Below are positions 8,419-16,674 of a DNA stretch of 21,932 nt, one piece after another. Every line of letters starts with the position of its first letter. Position 1 is the first letter of the stretch. This stretch comes from Candidatus Zixiibacteriota bacterium (GTDB taxonomy: Bacteria > Zixibacteria > MSB-5A5 > CAIYYT01), in contig JBECKX010000172.1 in NCBI GenBank assembly GCA_040235515.1, forward strand, positions 1-21,932. Reading direction: 5' to 3'. Under the pieces are notes generated by a model. It was not told where the DNA came from and searched no databases. It saw only the letters and a list, made by a program, of their open reading frames with translations. The position numbers were made by a program, and so were the translations under genes.

Positions 8419-9573
8419 ATGATTTCGAACCATCGTTACTTGATAGCCATTACGACCCTGCTGATCTCACTGGCAGCTCCAGTCAAGGCGGACCCGGTAT
8501 GGAGTAGCCTCCCTGTCTTACGTCCCACCGGTATCGCGAAAGACACGGCGGGGGTACTGTTCACCTGTAGTGCGGGGAGCATCTCTCGTTCCAGCGATCA
8601 CGGTGAGACCTGGGCGGTGGTGGAGGATTCATCGCTGTTCCAGGACGGTTTCGCCATGACGGTCAATCCGGTCACCAACGATCTCTTCGTCGCCGTCGAA
8701 GCCGGTGTGTTCCGCACTCATGATGAGGGAGAGACCTGGACCAAGCTGACGAACGACATCGTCGGCACCTACGCCATCGCTGCCCGGATCGATGGCTTGA
8801 TAATCGCGGGTGGATCACCGGGGGTTTGGAAGAGCACCGACAATGGTGACAACTGGACCAAGGCGAACGAGACCCTCGGGCCGCTGCATGATGCGATAAC
8901 GTTTTCGCGCGAAGGCACCATCTTTACCGGCTCGATACTCGACGGACTCTTTCGCTCGACCGATGATGGCGTTACCTGGCAGAATTTCAGCAGTGTCTTC
9001 GGGGATACCAGCAACGTGCAGGATGTTGTCGCGGACACAACGAACGGTTACGTCTACGTCACCGCGTACCACCAATTCTTCAACGAACCCACCTACAACA
9101 AAGTGTTTCGATCTTCCGATGATGGACTGACCTGGGAACTGGTCGACAGCACGGGTGGAATCGGATTGGGGATCGGCATCGACGCGCTCGGCAACGTCTT
9201 TACTGGCAGGCACCCGACAGCCTATTCAACCGATCATGGTAACACCTGGACTGAATTCACCGGCGGGATCGACTCCGGCGATCGTCTGGTGGATTTTCTC
9301 GATACCGATGATGGCAATATGCTGATCGCCGATATGGATGACAGCCTTAAGGTGTCAAACGTGATTCAGAGTTTTCTCTGCGGGGATGCCGATGGCAGCG
9401 GCATAATCTCGATTGGTGATGCGGTGTTCCTGATCAGTTTCATCTTCGGTGGCGGGGCGGCGCCTGATCCGATCGGTGCCGGTGACGCTGATAGTAGCGG
9501 GGGCATCAGCATTGCGGACGCGGTCTTTCTGGTTACCTTTATCTTCGGTGGTGGTCCTGCACCCTGTAGCTGA
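8419..9573 (+). CDS. Secreted BNR/Asp-box beta-propeller protein with C-terminal dockerin-like domain
   Basis: Signal peptide and six Asp-boxes (SSDHGETW, THDEGETW, STDNGDNW, STDDGVTW, SSDDGLTW, STDHGNTW). The C-terminus has a duplicated GDADxSGxISIxDAVFL Ca-loop. Confidence 0.88.
   Translation: MISNHRYLIAITTLLISLAAPVKADPVWSSLPVLRPTGIAKDTAGVLFTCSAGSISRSSDHGETWAVVEDSSLFQDGFAMTVNPVTNDLFVAVEAGVFRTHDEGETWTKLTNDIVGTYAIAARIDGLIIAGGSPGVWKSTDNGDNWTKANETLGPLHDAITFSREGTIFTGSILDGLFRSTDDGVTWQNFSSVFGDTSNVQDVVADTTNGYVYVTAYHQFFNEPTYNKVFRSSDDGLTWELVDSTGGIGLGIGIDALGNVFTGRHPTAYSTDHGNTWTEFTGGIDSGDRLVDFLDTDDGNMLIADMDDSLKVSNVIQSFLCGDADGSGIISIGDAVFLISFIFGGGAAPDPIGAGDADSSGGISIADAVFLVTFIFGGGPAPCS
9379..9570 (+). 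repeat. Two 33-aa dockerin-type repeats
   Basis: CGDADGSGIISIGDAVFLISFIFGGGAAP and AGDADSSGGISIADAVFLVTFIFGGGPAPC, with a 99-nt period. Confidence 0.85.
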
Positions 9574-9643
9574 GTTCGTCCTTCGCAAAACGAAAACAGC
9601 CGGCGCGACGAGCCGGAGAGACCTTGCCTGAATAACAGGGAGG

Positions 9644-9673
9644 AGACCGAGAGCCGCAACAGACTCCCGGTCT
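9644..9673 (-). terminator. Possible terminator hairpin for the minus-strand lipoprotein gene
   Basis: Minus strand AGACCGGGAGTC-TGTTGC-GGCTCTCGGTCT is a 12-bp stem with two G-U pairs. The tail is only weakly U-rich. Confidence 0.4.
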
Positions 9674-9745
9674 ACGTGAATGCTTGGTCTGTAGTCGCCG
9701 TTCAGCTACACTGATCTATAGCTGCGGCTGATAATCGCTCCTGCT

Positions 9746-10342
9746 CTAACTGATCCCATACTTCGAAAAGTGGTGAATCTTGAATGTGACGTAACCGTCA
9801 TCATTCCGTTCGGTGTCTTCCAGTTGCCAGAAGTAGGAGTAATCACCGAGATAGAACAACCCGGACATGTCACCACCGGGGCGACTGAGGGGATGATACA
9901 CCTCAAGCGGGCGCTCGAAATGAATGCCGGTAGGCTGGCAGTCATACACGAAGACTTCGCCGAAGCCAGACTTGAACTTGAAGCCCCAGATTTCGATCTT
10001 GGTACCGACAGGCACGGCGCCGGCAGGAATCGTGAAGATGATTTCCTGGTCGTCGATTTCAAGGGTCAGAACGCCACCCTCTTCGTCAGCGACAACGCTA
10101 CCCTTGTCGTCGTCGACATAGTCGGGGTCATTCAACAGAGCATCTGCTTCCGCTCCCGAGATAGCTGTAGCTCCGGGACCGGCCACATTGCCCTGCAGCC
10201 ACTCAAGTGCCGCGTCGAGTCGATCCGGCTGCGGTGCAGTGCCGTTGTCGGCGCAACCGGTAAGAAGGAGCGCAACGAGTCCTAACGAACTGAGGAGCGT
10301 CATACTCCAGAACGTTAGCTGCTTAAAGATTTGCTTACCCAC
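9746..10342 (-). CDS. Lipoprotein with ZU5-like beta-sandwich domain
   Basis: I reassigned the start to GTG 10342 (AAGGAGG 8 nt upstream). Lipobox LLTGC. The pattern GGVL...FTIPAGAV...QPTGIHFERPLEV...W...IHHFSKY is typical of ZU5-like domains. Confidence 0.68.
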   Translation of the reverse strand: MGKQIFKQLTFWSMTLLSSLGLVALLLTGCADNGTAPQPDRLDAALEWLQGNVAGPGATAISGAEADALLNDPDYVDDDKGSVVADEEGGVLTLEIDDQEIIFTIPAGAVPVGTKIEIWGFKFKSGFGEVFVYDCQPTGIHFERPLEVYHPLSRPGGDMSGLFYLGDYSYFWQLEDTERNDDGYVTFKIHHFSKYGIS

Positions 10343-10557
10343 AGACCATTCCTCCTTCCCAGCTCCGTTCGGGAGGCTGGGATAAAATTCGTGATTCAGT
10401 ATGGAGCAAAGTTGTTGCCGAACTGAACGGCTGCGCTGTACCACTCTGAGCCGTCGAGCTAAGCCGCTTGAAGGTAAGCACTTCTGGAGTTGAGATTCTG
10501 CTCAGCGCCGCTGCGCAAACCGTGAACAGCTGGAATTTTCGGGGAAAATTATTGGAT

Positions 10558-13338
10558 TTAAACTATATGCTGTAGGCTGACGCCAGCAGTTGAAGCCGCC
10601 AGGACGGCATCGATCGACTTCCTGAAGAAGCGAAAATAGCGGGATGACCTGATGATCTCGATCGCAGTTTCGCCGTTATCCTCCACGAATTGCTTCAAAA
10701 GCGCGCTGGTCTCGGCAGTTGCCCAATTACGTTCCTGCGGGCTGTTTTCGAATATTCGCAAAGATGACTTGAGCGCCAGCTCGAACTGGTGCTCTCTGCG
10801 GCCGAACTGGTAGCACTCGCGAAACTTTTCGATCGCCTGCTGAGGTTCACTGCGCAGACGACAGATTTCTCCACCGATAAAGAGGGATTCGAACTTCAAC
10901 CTGTCAGAATTCAAGTCTGCTGCGACCGCGTCGAGTTGCCGACGGTAGCCGGAGGCAGCATCGGCGTTCTTGGCGCCGATCGCCATACGCGAAAGCCCTA
11001 TCAAGCCACGAATCTGAAATTCCCGCGAGCCGATCTGCTCTGCGAGCTTTACCCCCTGCAGGTAAAGCACCTCGGCTTTGGCAGGCTCACCGTAGTAGAA
11101 CTCGAATTCACCGAGGCGGATGGTCGATTCCGCTTCAAGCTCCTTGTCTCCCACACGGGTGGCGAATTCCATCACCTGGGCGTAACGCCCGGCCGCGTCG
11201 CCGGCATCCCCCAGGATCAACTTGAGATCAGCGATATTACCTACTGTATAATAGTGTGGATGCTCCTCCCCGAGCGACAGGAAGACTCGGTCCGCCGATT
11301 CGAACAACTCAAGGGACTCCTGGTATTTCCCGAAGTAGCTGACGATGTTCGCCAGGTTTCCGGCACAATAGGATGCGTTGCGGCGATCGCCAAGTTCGAT
11401 GAAGATTGCCCTGCTCTGCTGCAGCAACTCCTCTGCCCGGAGATAATTGCCGGATTCCTCGGCCAATATCGAGAGATTGTTGAGAGCCCGTGCTTCCATA
11501 CTCTTGGTCACCGAGTAGTGAGCCCGATCAAGACTGGCAGTGAACGCCTCCGAAGCCTGTTCCAGCTTGCCCGCACCCCAGAGCGCGAGGCCGAGGTTGT
11601 TGCACGCTGAGGCGCGCTTCTCCCAGTCTCCGAGCGCCTCCGAGAGCTTGACCGCTTCCTGCGCCAGCTTGATCGCCGCACCAAAATCCCCCTGGCGCCG
11701 ACAAAACTCTGCCTGGATCGCTGAAAAATCTGCCTTCAATTCGCGGAACCTCTCGGGCAGAGCAGCGCCAAGAACCTCAAGAACTCGTTTGAGCCGCTCG
11801 AAGCGTGACTTGAGCCAGAGCAATCTCGCCTGCTGGATGACAGAATCGAAATACTCTCGGTCATCTGCCTTCGACCTGGCGTAGCGACGAAACTGTGAGG
11901 TAATCTGCAGAGCACTATCATAATCGCCCTCTTGAATCGCGAACTTGCTCGATAAACGAAAATGGCTGTAGCGCATCTGGTTCTCGAGTTGATTGTCAGC
12001 GATTGCGGTGATAATCTCGTTACAGCGCTCGTTGTAATTGCCTGCCTCAACCAGCATATGCCTCTTGAGCGCGGCATCCAGACCCGAGAGTGCGTAATTC
12101 AGAGCGGTCGCCGGATCATCACAGCGCGAGAAGTGATAGACGATTCGGGGATCGCTGTCATCCAACTCCTTCCGCTTCAGGTGTTCGCCTATCCTGCGGT
12201 GCATACGCCTGCGGGAATCGAGCGGCAAACAACGATAGAGAGCGTCGCGCGATTGCTGACGCCTGAACCGGTAACTCCCGTGGCCAACAGGCATCAATAT
12301 GTCAGCTTGAAGCAGCTCCTCCAGCTGGCCGCTCAATGCAGTTTCATCCTGCTGCTGAGACAGCGCACTCAGATCGGAAATCGTGAAGTCATCGGCGTAC
12401 ACCGAAGCGAGCTTGAGCAGGTTGCGCTGCTGCTCGGGAAGGGCATCGATGCGCGACAGCTCGAGGTCCTCGAGACGCGCGGGTAGTTCAACATCAGTCA
12501 GTGACCGGGTAACTTCGAGGAGATTGGGATCGCTCAGCGGAGCGATGACTCCCTGCGAGGAGAGTGAGCCCAGCAGCTGACGCAGGTGAAGTGGATTTCC
12601 TCCCGAACTGGTCTTGAGCATACCTATCAGCTCACGCTCGCGCGCCCCATCGAGAAACACTCCATCCAGTACTTCATCAAGTTCAGCATCTGCCAGTGGC
12701 GTGAGTTTGAGCAGGTTTGAGTCATGACCCGCAGCGGTTCCCTTGCCGAAGGCGCCCGCAATGAGCAGAAGCATCCCCTCCGGAAGCCGCGATTGTTCGA
12801 ACTGATTGATCACCGCCAGCGAATAGGAGTCGGCCTGTTCCATATCATCGAGGATGACTATTCTGCTGCCGGGGGATTGCGATTCGATGATGCCAAGCAG
12901 GATCTCAGCCGCTTTTGCCACGCGCAGCTCGAAGCTCAGGTTGCGGGTCCATTCGTTGTCTTCCACTTCGGCACCGAGGATTTCAGCCACGATTGGTGTC
13001 CATTGCTGTTCAACGACTCCTTCATCGCACAACCGGGATAAGAGTTCAGCCGGCTCGGCGCGACCTCGAATCACACCCCAGGCATCCTCCAGCAGTTTGA
13101 GCAGAAGCCGTTGCAGCACGAATCCGGGTGCGTGGAGTTGTGATCCGGATGCGGAGAGGTAGAGCGCGCTTGCAGCTTCCACGCGATGCAGCAACTCGGC
13201 GCAAAGGGAGGTTTTTCCGATTCCGGGATCGCCGGTGACGACGACCGTGGCGGCATCCTGATGCTTACAACGCTCCCACGCTGCCATCAGAGTTTCAAGC
13301 TCGCGTTGCCGTCCCACGAACTTGTCCGCCGGCTGCAA
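10558..13338 (-). CDS. STAND-class AAA ATPase plus TPR repeats (C-terminal part of the sAC-like cyclase; in frame with 13360-14634)
   Basis: FVGRQREL, Walker A GDPGIGKT, Walker B IVILDD, SGGNPL, a winged-helix region (LLKLASV...YRFR) and several TPRs (ACNNLGLALW, ALNNLSIL, AGNLANI). There is no SD before the TTG. Confidence 0.85.
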   Translation of the reverse strand: MQPADKFVGRQRELETLMAAWERCKHQDAATVVVTGDPGIGKTSLCAELLHRVEAASALYLSASGSQLHAPGFVLQRLLLKLLEDAWGVIRGRAEPAELLSRLCDEGVVEQQWTPIVAEILGAEVEDNEWTRNLSFELRVAKAAEILLGIIESQSPGSRIVILDDMEQADSYSLAVINQFEQSRLPEGMLLLIAGAFGKGTAAGHDSNLLKLTPLADAELDEVLDGVFLDGARERELIGMLKTSSGGNPLHLRQLLGSLSSQGVIAPLSDPNLLEVTRSLTDVELPARLEDLELSRIDALPEQQRNLLKLASVYADDFTISDLSALSQQQDETALSGQLEELLQADILMPVGHGSYRFRRQQSRDALYRCLPLDSRRRMHRRIGEHLKRKELDDSDPRIVYHFSRCDDPATALNYALSGLDAALKRHMLVEAGNYNERCNEIITAIADNQLENQMRYSHFRLSSKFAIQEGDYDSALQITSQFRRYARSKADDREYFDSVIQQARLLWLKSRFERLKRVLEVLGAALPERFRELKADFSAIQAEFCRRQGDFGAAIKLAQEAVKLSEALGDWEKRASACNNLGLALWGAGKLEQASEAFTASLDRAHYSVTKSMEARALNNLSILAEESGNYLRAEELLQQSRAIFIELGDRRNASYCAGNLANIVSYFGKYQESLELFESADRVFLSLGEEHPHYYTVGNIADLKLILGDAGDAAGRYAQVMEFATRVGDKELEAESTIRLGEFEFYYGEPAKAEVLYLQGVKLAEQIGSREFQIRGLIGLSRMAIGAKNADAASGYRRQLDAVAADLNSDRLKFESLFIGGEICRLRSEPQQAIEKFRECYQFGRREHQFELALKSSLRIFENSPQERNWATAETSALLKQFVEDNGETAIEIIRSSRYFRFFRKSIDAVLAASTAGVSLQHIV

Positions 13339-13359
13339 CTCTGAGTCGCCGACTTCAAT

Positions 13360-14634
13360 TCAGTCAAGTCGATAGACCGGCACGTTGTCGCCGACACCCT
13401 TCAGCGCAAACCGCAATTCTGTCAGTTGATAAAGTGTCCTGACCCCCGAGGCAAATTTTTCATCCATCAACACAGTACCGGCAGCGGCTTTCGACATCAG
13501 GCGTGCCGCCAGGTTGACGGCTTCCCCGATGATTGTGTACTCACGGCGCCGCTCAGACCCAACCTCGCCGCAATAAACATAACCCGAAGTCAGGCCCGCC
13601 TTCACTACCGCGTCAGCCTGATTGAGCGCCGCGATCTCACGCGCCACCTGCAGGGCATTGGGATCATCATTCACATTCTTGACCAGCGCGCCGAACAGAA
13701 TCAGGAACTTGTGGGATGTCCCGAACGGATCAACGCGGGCAACGGTGGCGCCACGCTCCGATACAAGTCGAAACACTTCGTTGGCGACGTCGTTGAGCGG
13801 CGTGTTGCTGGAATCATCCGCCGACACCGCCTCCGCCTTAACCGAGACAAAGAGCACCGTTACGCGGCGATGCTCGCTCGAGACTGCCTGAAGTTCCTGC
13901 GACTCTTTGAGACGCTGGTTGATTGCTTCCGGAATATACTTTTTGAGGGTTTGCGGACACGTTGAGGCATCACGGGCCTCGGCAATACGGCGCTGTGGAA
14001 TCTCCGCGGAATCCGGGATGGCCAGATAGTGATAGCCAGCATCCTCGGTTGGGCTGAGCGCGGCGGCCGGAAAACTGCCAGCGGCGGATTCATGTATCAC
14101 CAGTTCGTTCGACTCGGCGATCTCGGCTCCCTGATATGCCTGCATAACCGAATCACCGACGATTTCGAATTCGAGCCTTGTCGATTGGGAGCCGAGGCTG
14201 ATCAGTCCGATCATGCCCGCCGCCGCTCCCGCGTGCAGGGTAATCGGGTTCTCGCGACAAATCTCCTCGGTCTGATTGAGCGAATCTATCTGGTTGAGCA
14301 TCTGGCGGTAGCAGTGCGGCAGGTCACAGGAATCGGGCAGATAGCACCAGATCGCGTCCCCGGCGAACTTGAGGATGTCACCGTTCCACTGGACAACGAC
14401 GTCATCCAGCGAGGAAAACATTCTGTTGAGGAAATTGGTGAGCAATTCCGCGCCTTCGATGCCCCTGGCCGCCAGCCGGGCGGTCAACGCGGTAAAGCCG
14501 CTGGCGTCAACAAACAGTAGATAACCGGCCAGTTGAGAATGTCGATGGAGGGCCGAGTCGCCTTTACCTGCATACCAGTCGATCAAGGCATTCGGCAGGT
14601 AGCGAGTAGCGACTCGCGTTGTACTCTGCGCCAT
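13360..14634 (-). CDS. Tandem class III adenylyl cyclase (C1+C2), soluble-AC/ADCY10-like
   Basis: C1 has both metal-binding Asp residues (FVDASGFT, ILKFAGDA). C2 has SHKF and REYTIIGEAVNLAARLM (Lys/Thr specificity residues, Asn/Arg catalytic residues). It ends LKGVGDNVPVYRL. Confidence 0.9.
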   Translation of the reverse strand: MAQSTTRVATRYLPNALIDWYAGKGDSALHRHSQLAGYLLFVDASGFTALTARLAARGIEGAELLTNFLNRMFSSLDDVVVQWNGDILKFAGDAIWCYLPDSCDLPHCYRQMLNQIDSLNQTEEICRENPITLHAGAAAGMIGLISLGSQSTRLEFEIVGDSVMQAYQGAEIAESNELVIHESAAGSFPAAALSPTEDAGYHYLAIPDSAEIPQRRIAEARDASTCPQTLKKYIPEAINQRLKESQELQAVSSEHRRVTVLFVSVKAEAVSADDSSNTPLNDVANEVFRLVSERGATVARVDPFGTSHKFLILFGALVKNVNDDPNALQVAREIAALNQADAVVKAGLTSGYVYCGEVGSERRREYTIIGEAVNLAARLMSKAAAGTVLMDEKFASGVRTLYQLTELRFALKGVGDNVPVYRLD

Positions 14635-14643
14635 CTGTACTAC

Positions 14644-14988
14644 CTAGAAGAATATCCTGATCACATATAGAGTCGCCACATGAATCGCCTGGTCAGCGTA
14701 GTAGCTCTGCTTGCTTCCATTCAACCACTTCGACTTAAGAAAGTCCTGCAGCCAGTGAATCACATAGACGACTACAAGGACTCCCAGCATGGTCAGAGTA
14801 CAGAGCGGAGTAATCTCGTGCAATGCCCTGCCGAAGCACCAGAAAACTCCGACCGTGATCGTATAGACCAGAACATGACTGGTAAGAACCAGCTTCGACT
14901 TGCCCTTGGTCTGTGCCATGTAGTCGGTTTGCAGGGCGTAATCGCCTACGAAATGCCCCAGGAGTAAGAAAAAGAGAATATCCGGCAT
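14644..14988 (-). CDS. DUF3307-family membrane protein
   Basis: 114 aa and hydrophobic, with GHFVGDYALQT, HVLVY, IHWLQD and DQAIH motifs. Confidence 0.85.
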   Translation of the reverse strand: MPDILFFLLLGHFVGDYALQTDYMAQTKGKSKLVLTSHVLVYTITVGVFWCFGRALHEITPLCTLTMLGVLVVVYVIHWLQDFLKSKWLNGSKQSYYADQAIHVATLYVIRIFF

Positions 14989-14998
14989 TGCATCCCCC

Positions 14999-16441
14999 TC
15001 AGGCTGGCAGACTTATGATGAACTTCGAACCGACGTCAGGAGTGGACTCGACGACGACGTTGCCGCCATGAGCCTCGATGATCTTGCGTACCGTGATCAG
15101 GCCGATGCCATGACCGCGCTTTTTGGTGGTGATCTTCTTGTGGAAGAGATTCTTAAGCAACTCCGGTTCGATACCACAGCCATTGTCGCTGATTACCAAG
15201 ATCACTCGCGCTTGCTGGCTGTCATGGTGAAGCTCAACTTCAATCACCTTCCCACGGTCATCTGATACACGTTGCAGCGCGTCGGCCGCATTCATCAGAA
15301 TATTGAGCAGGGCGCGATGTATCTGCGCTTCGTCCAATTGCAGCGCCTTCGGGAAATCCGGGTCTAGCTTCGTTACGAAGTCGATATCCGCGAATCTGGT
15401 CTGCGGCTGCAGGAAGCGTGTGAGGGCGTCAATCGTCTGCACCAGGTTGCAGGAAGTGACGGTCGCGGTATCTGGACCGCCCGACATCACACTCTCGACG
15501 TAATCGCTCATGTCGGCGATCGCCTTATCGATCATGCTGATATGCTTGGTGTGCCGGGCGCGGAACTCCTCGCTGTAGCCATTCTGCAACAACTCGAAGT
15601 AGCCTTGAATCGCAGCCAGATAGTTCTTGATGTCGTGCGCGATTTCTGAAGCAACTCCATACGCTGTTGACACGCGCTCCAATCTCAGGATCTGTTCATT
15701 GAGTCGCTTGATTTCGGAGATATCCTCGCAGATCAGGAGGTACTCGTTGCTGTTGTCCTTCGACTGGAGTCGCGAAACCGAGGCAAAGACGCTGCGTTGT
15801 TTCTTGCCGTTAACGATCACACATTCACCCGACCAGCGTGTCGACATCGACCGCCACATTTGGTGGATTGGATTCATGTTGGTGAACAGCTCGAAAATCG
15901 ACCGTTTGGTGTCGCGGTTTTCGAGCCAGAAGATCTTGTCTGATGCGGGGTTGCTCCGCCGGATGCGACCATGCTCATCAACGATCAGGATCGCGGCCGA
16001 AGATTGAGAGATCAGCTCTTCAAGGAACGAGTTGATCTCCGAAAGCTGCTTATTCTTTACAGTAAGGGTGAGGTTCTTATGCTCGAGCTCTTCGAGACGA
16101 ATAATATCGGACTCGCGTAGTTTCTTGCTCAGATTCTGCATCACCGTCAACGCGAGTTCCGGGGTCTCCTGAATCGCGCTGGCAAACTCCTCGCGACTGA
16201 ATTCACGAATCTCGCAATCTGTCTCTGCGACAACTGAGGCCGAGCGTGGTTCGCTCTCGAGCAGCGACATTTCACCCACCAACTCACATGCTTCGCGGCG
16301 CGCAATCTCTATCCCTTGTTTGATGATCTTGACACTGCCGGAGATAATGTAGATGAGGGAGTTGCCGTCGGAGCCCTCCGCGAAGATCTCGGTTCCTGCA
16401 GGATATGTAGTCGTATTGCCTGTTTTCGAATCAGCAAGCAT
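14999..16441 (-). CDS. Cytoplasmic sensor histidine kinase with N-terminal cyclic-nucleotide-binding domain and PAS domain
   Basis: cNMP cassette GEMSLLESEPRSASVVA, a coiled coil, PAS (AILIVDEHGRIRRSNPA), H-box EIAHDIKN, N-box NILMNAADA, G1 DNGCGI and G2 GHGIGL. ATG 16441 has GAGGG 7 nt upstream. Confidence 0.92.
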   Translation of the reverse strand: MLADSKTGNTTTYPAGTEIFAEGSDGNSLIYIISGSVKIIKQGIEIARREACELVGEMSLLESEPRSASVVAETDCEIREFSREEFASAIQETPELALTVMQNLSKKLRESDIIRLEELEHKNLTLTVKNKQLSEINSFLEELISQSSAAILIVDEHGRIRRSNPASDKIFWLENRDTKRSIFELFTNMNPIHQMWRSMSTRWSGECVIVNGKKQRSVFASVSRLQSKDNSNEYLLICEDISEIKRLNEQILRLERVSTAYGVASEIAHDIKNYLAAIQGYFELLQNGYSEEFRARHTKHISMIDKAIADMSDYVESVMSGGPDTATVTSCNLVQTIDALTRFLQPQTRFADIDFVTKLDPDFPKALQLDEAQIHRALLNILMNAADALQRVSDDRGKVIEVELHHDSQQARVILVISDNGCGIEPELLKNLFHKKITTKKRGHGIGLITVRKIIEAHGGNVVVESTPDVGSKFIISLPA

Positions 16442-16674
16442 GCAGCGACCCTCAGTCTGAAGCGTAGTTCGCGCCAAAAGTTTTACCCGTTATCAGTTTA
16501 GTTATCGGCAAGAGGGACAATGAGTTTATGGATTGAATCCCGCGACGCAAACCTTTCGGCGACCTTCCGGCGAAGACACGAGTTGCCGGGCTGGTTTGCT
16601 CCCGATTGCTGTTTCAACCTGAATCAAATTGTTGTGAAATCCCCGTTTTTATCAACGCCGTTGCAGCCAACGGC

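Larger units (their letters stand above)
10558..14634 (-). pseudogene. Single 1358-codon cyclase-STAND-TPR reading frame interrupted by one in-frame TGA at 13362-13360 (nonsense allele, sequence error or readthrough)
   Basis: 14634-13338 = 1296 nt, a multiple of 3. The junction reads VYRLD*IEVGDSELQPADKFVGR. Confidence 0.55.

Noticed and set aside
10343..10444. N-terminal extension of the lipoprotein given in the ORF track
   Set aside because: A strong SD and a proper lipoprotein signal peptide begin at GTG 10342.
10789..12486. Long antisense ORFs (273 and 174 aa) and similar shadow ORFs across the window
   Set aside because: They lie opposite well-supported genes, lack recognisable motifs, and are expected from codon bias in GC-rich DNA.
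13360..13362. Genome-wide TGA reassignment (code 4/25) as the explanation of the in-frame stop
   Set aside because: TGA terminates several genes at their natural C-termini (9571-9573, 14999, 17786, 18862). No other gene here is interrupted, and Trp is encoded by TGG.
13330..13362. Confident selenocysteine call
   Set aside because: The position is a non-catalytic linker with no Cys-type context, and the hairpin loop (CAG) lacks the early G typical of bacterial SECIS loops. I keep it only as a minor possibility.
13345..13395. 9-bp direct repeat GTCGCCGAC flanking the TGA as a target-site duplication
   Set aside because: Removing the 42 nt would delete the conserved VPVYRL cyclase strand. Both copies simply encode Val-Gly-Asp.
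10558..14634. Calling the STAND-TPR gene a known Avs, Pycsar or CBASS defence system
   Set aside because: There is no nuclease, TIR, SIR2 or similar effector and no defence-island context. Cyclase-STAND-TPR proteins are common signalling proteins, and the cyclase has adenine-type specificity residues.
16489..16506. GATAAC direct repeat (minus strand) upstream of the kinase as a response-regulator box
   Set aside because: It is only 6 bp twice in AT-rich DNA, with no well-spaced promoter to anchor it.
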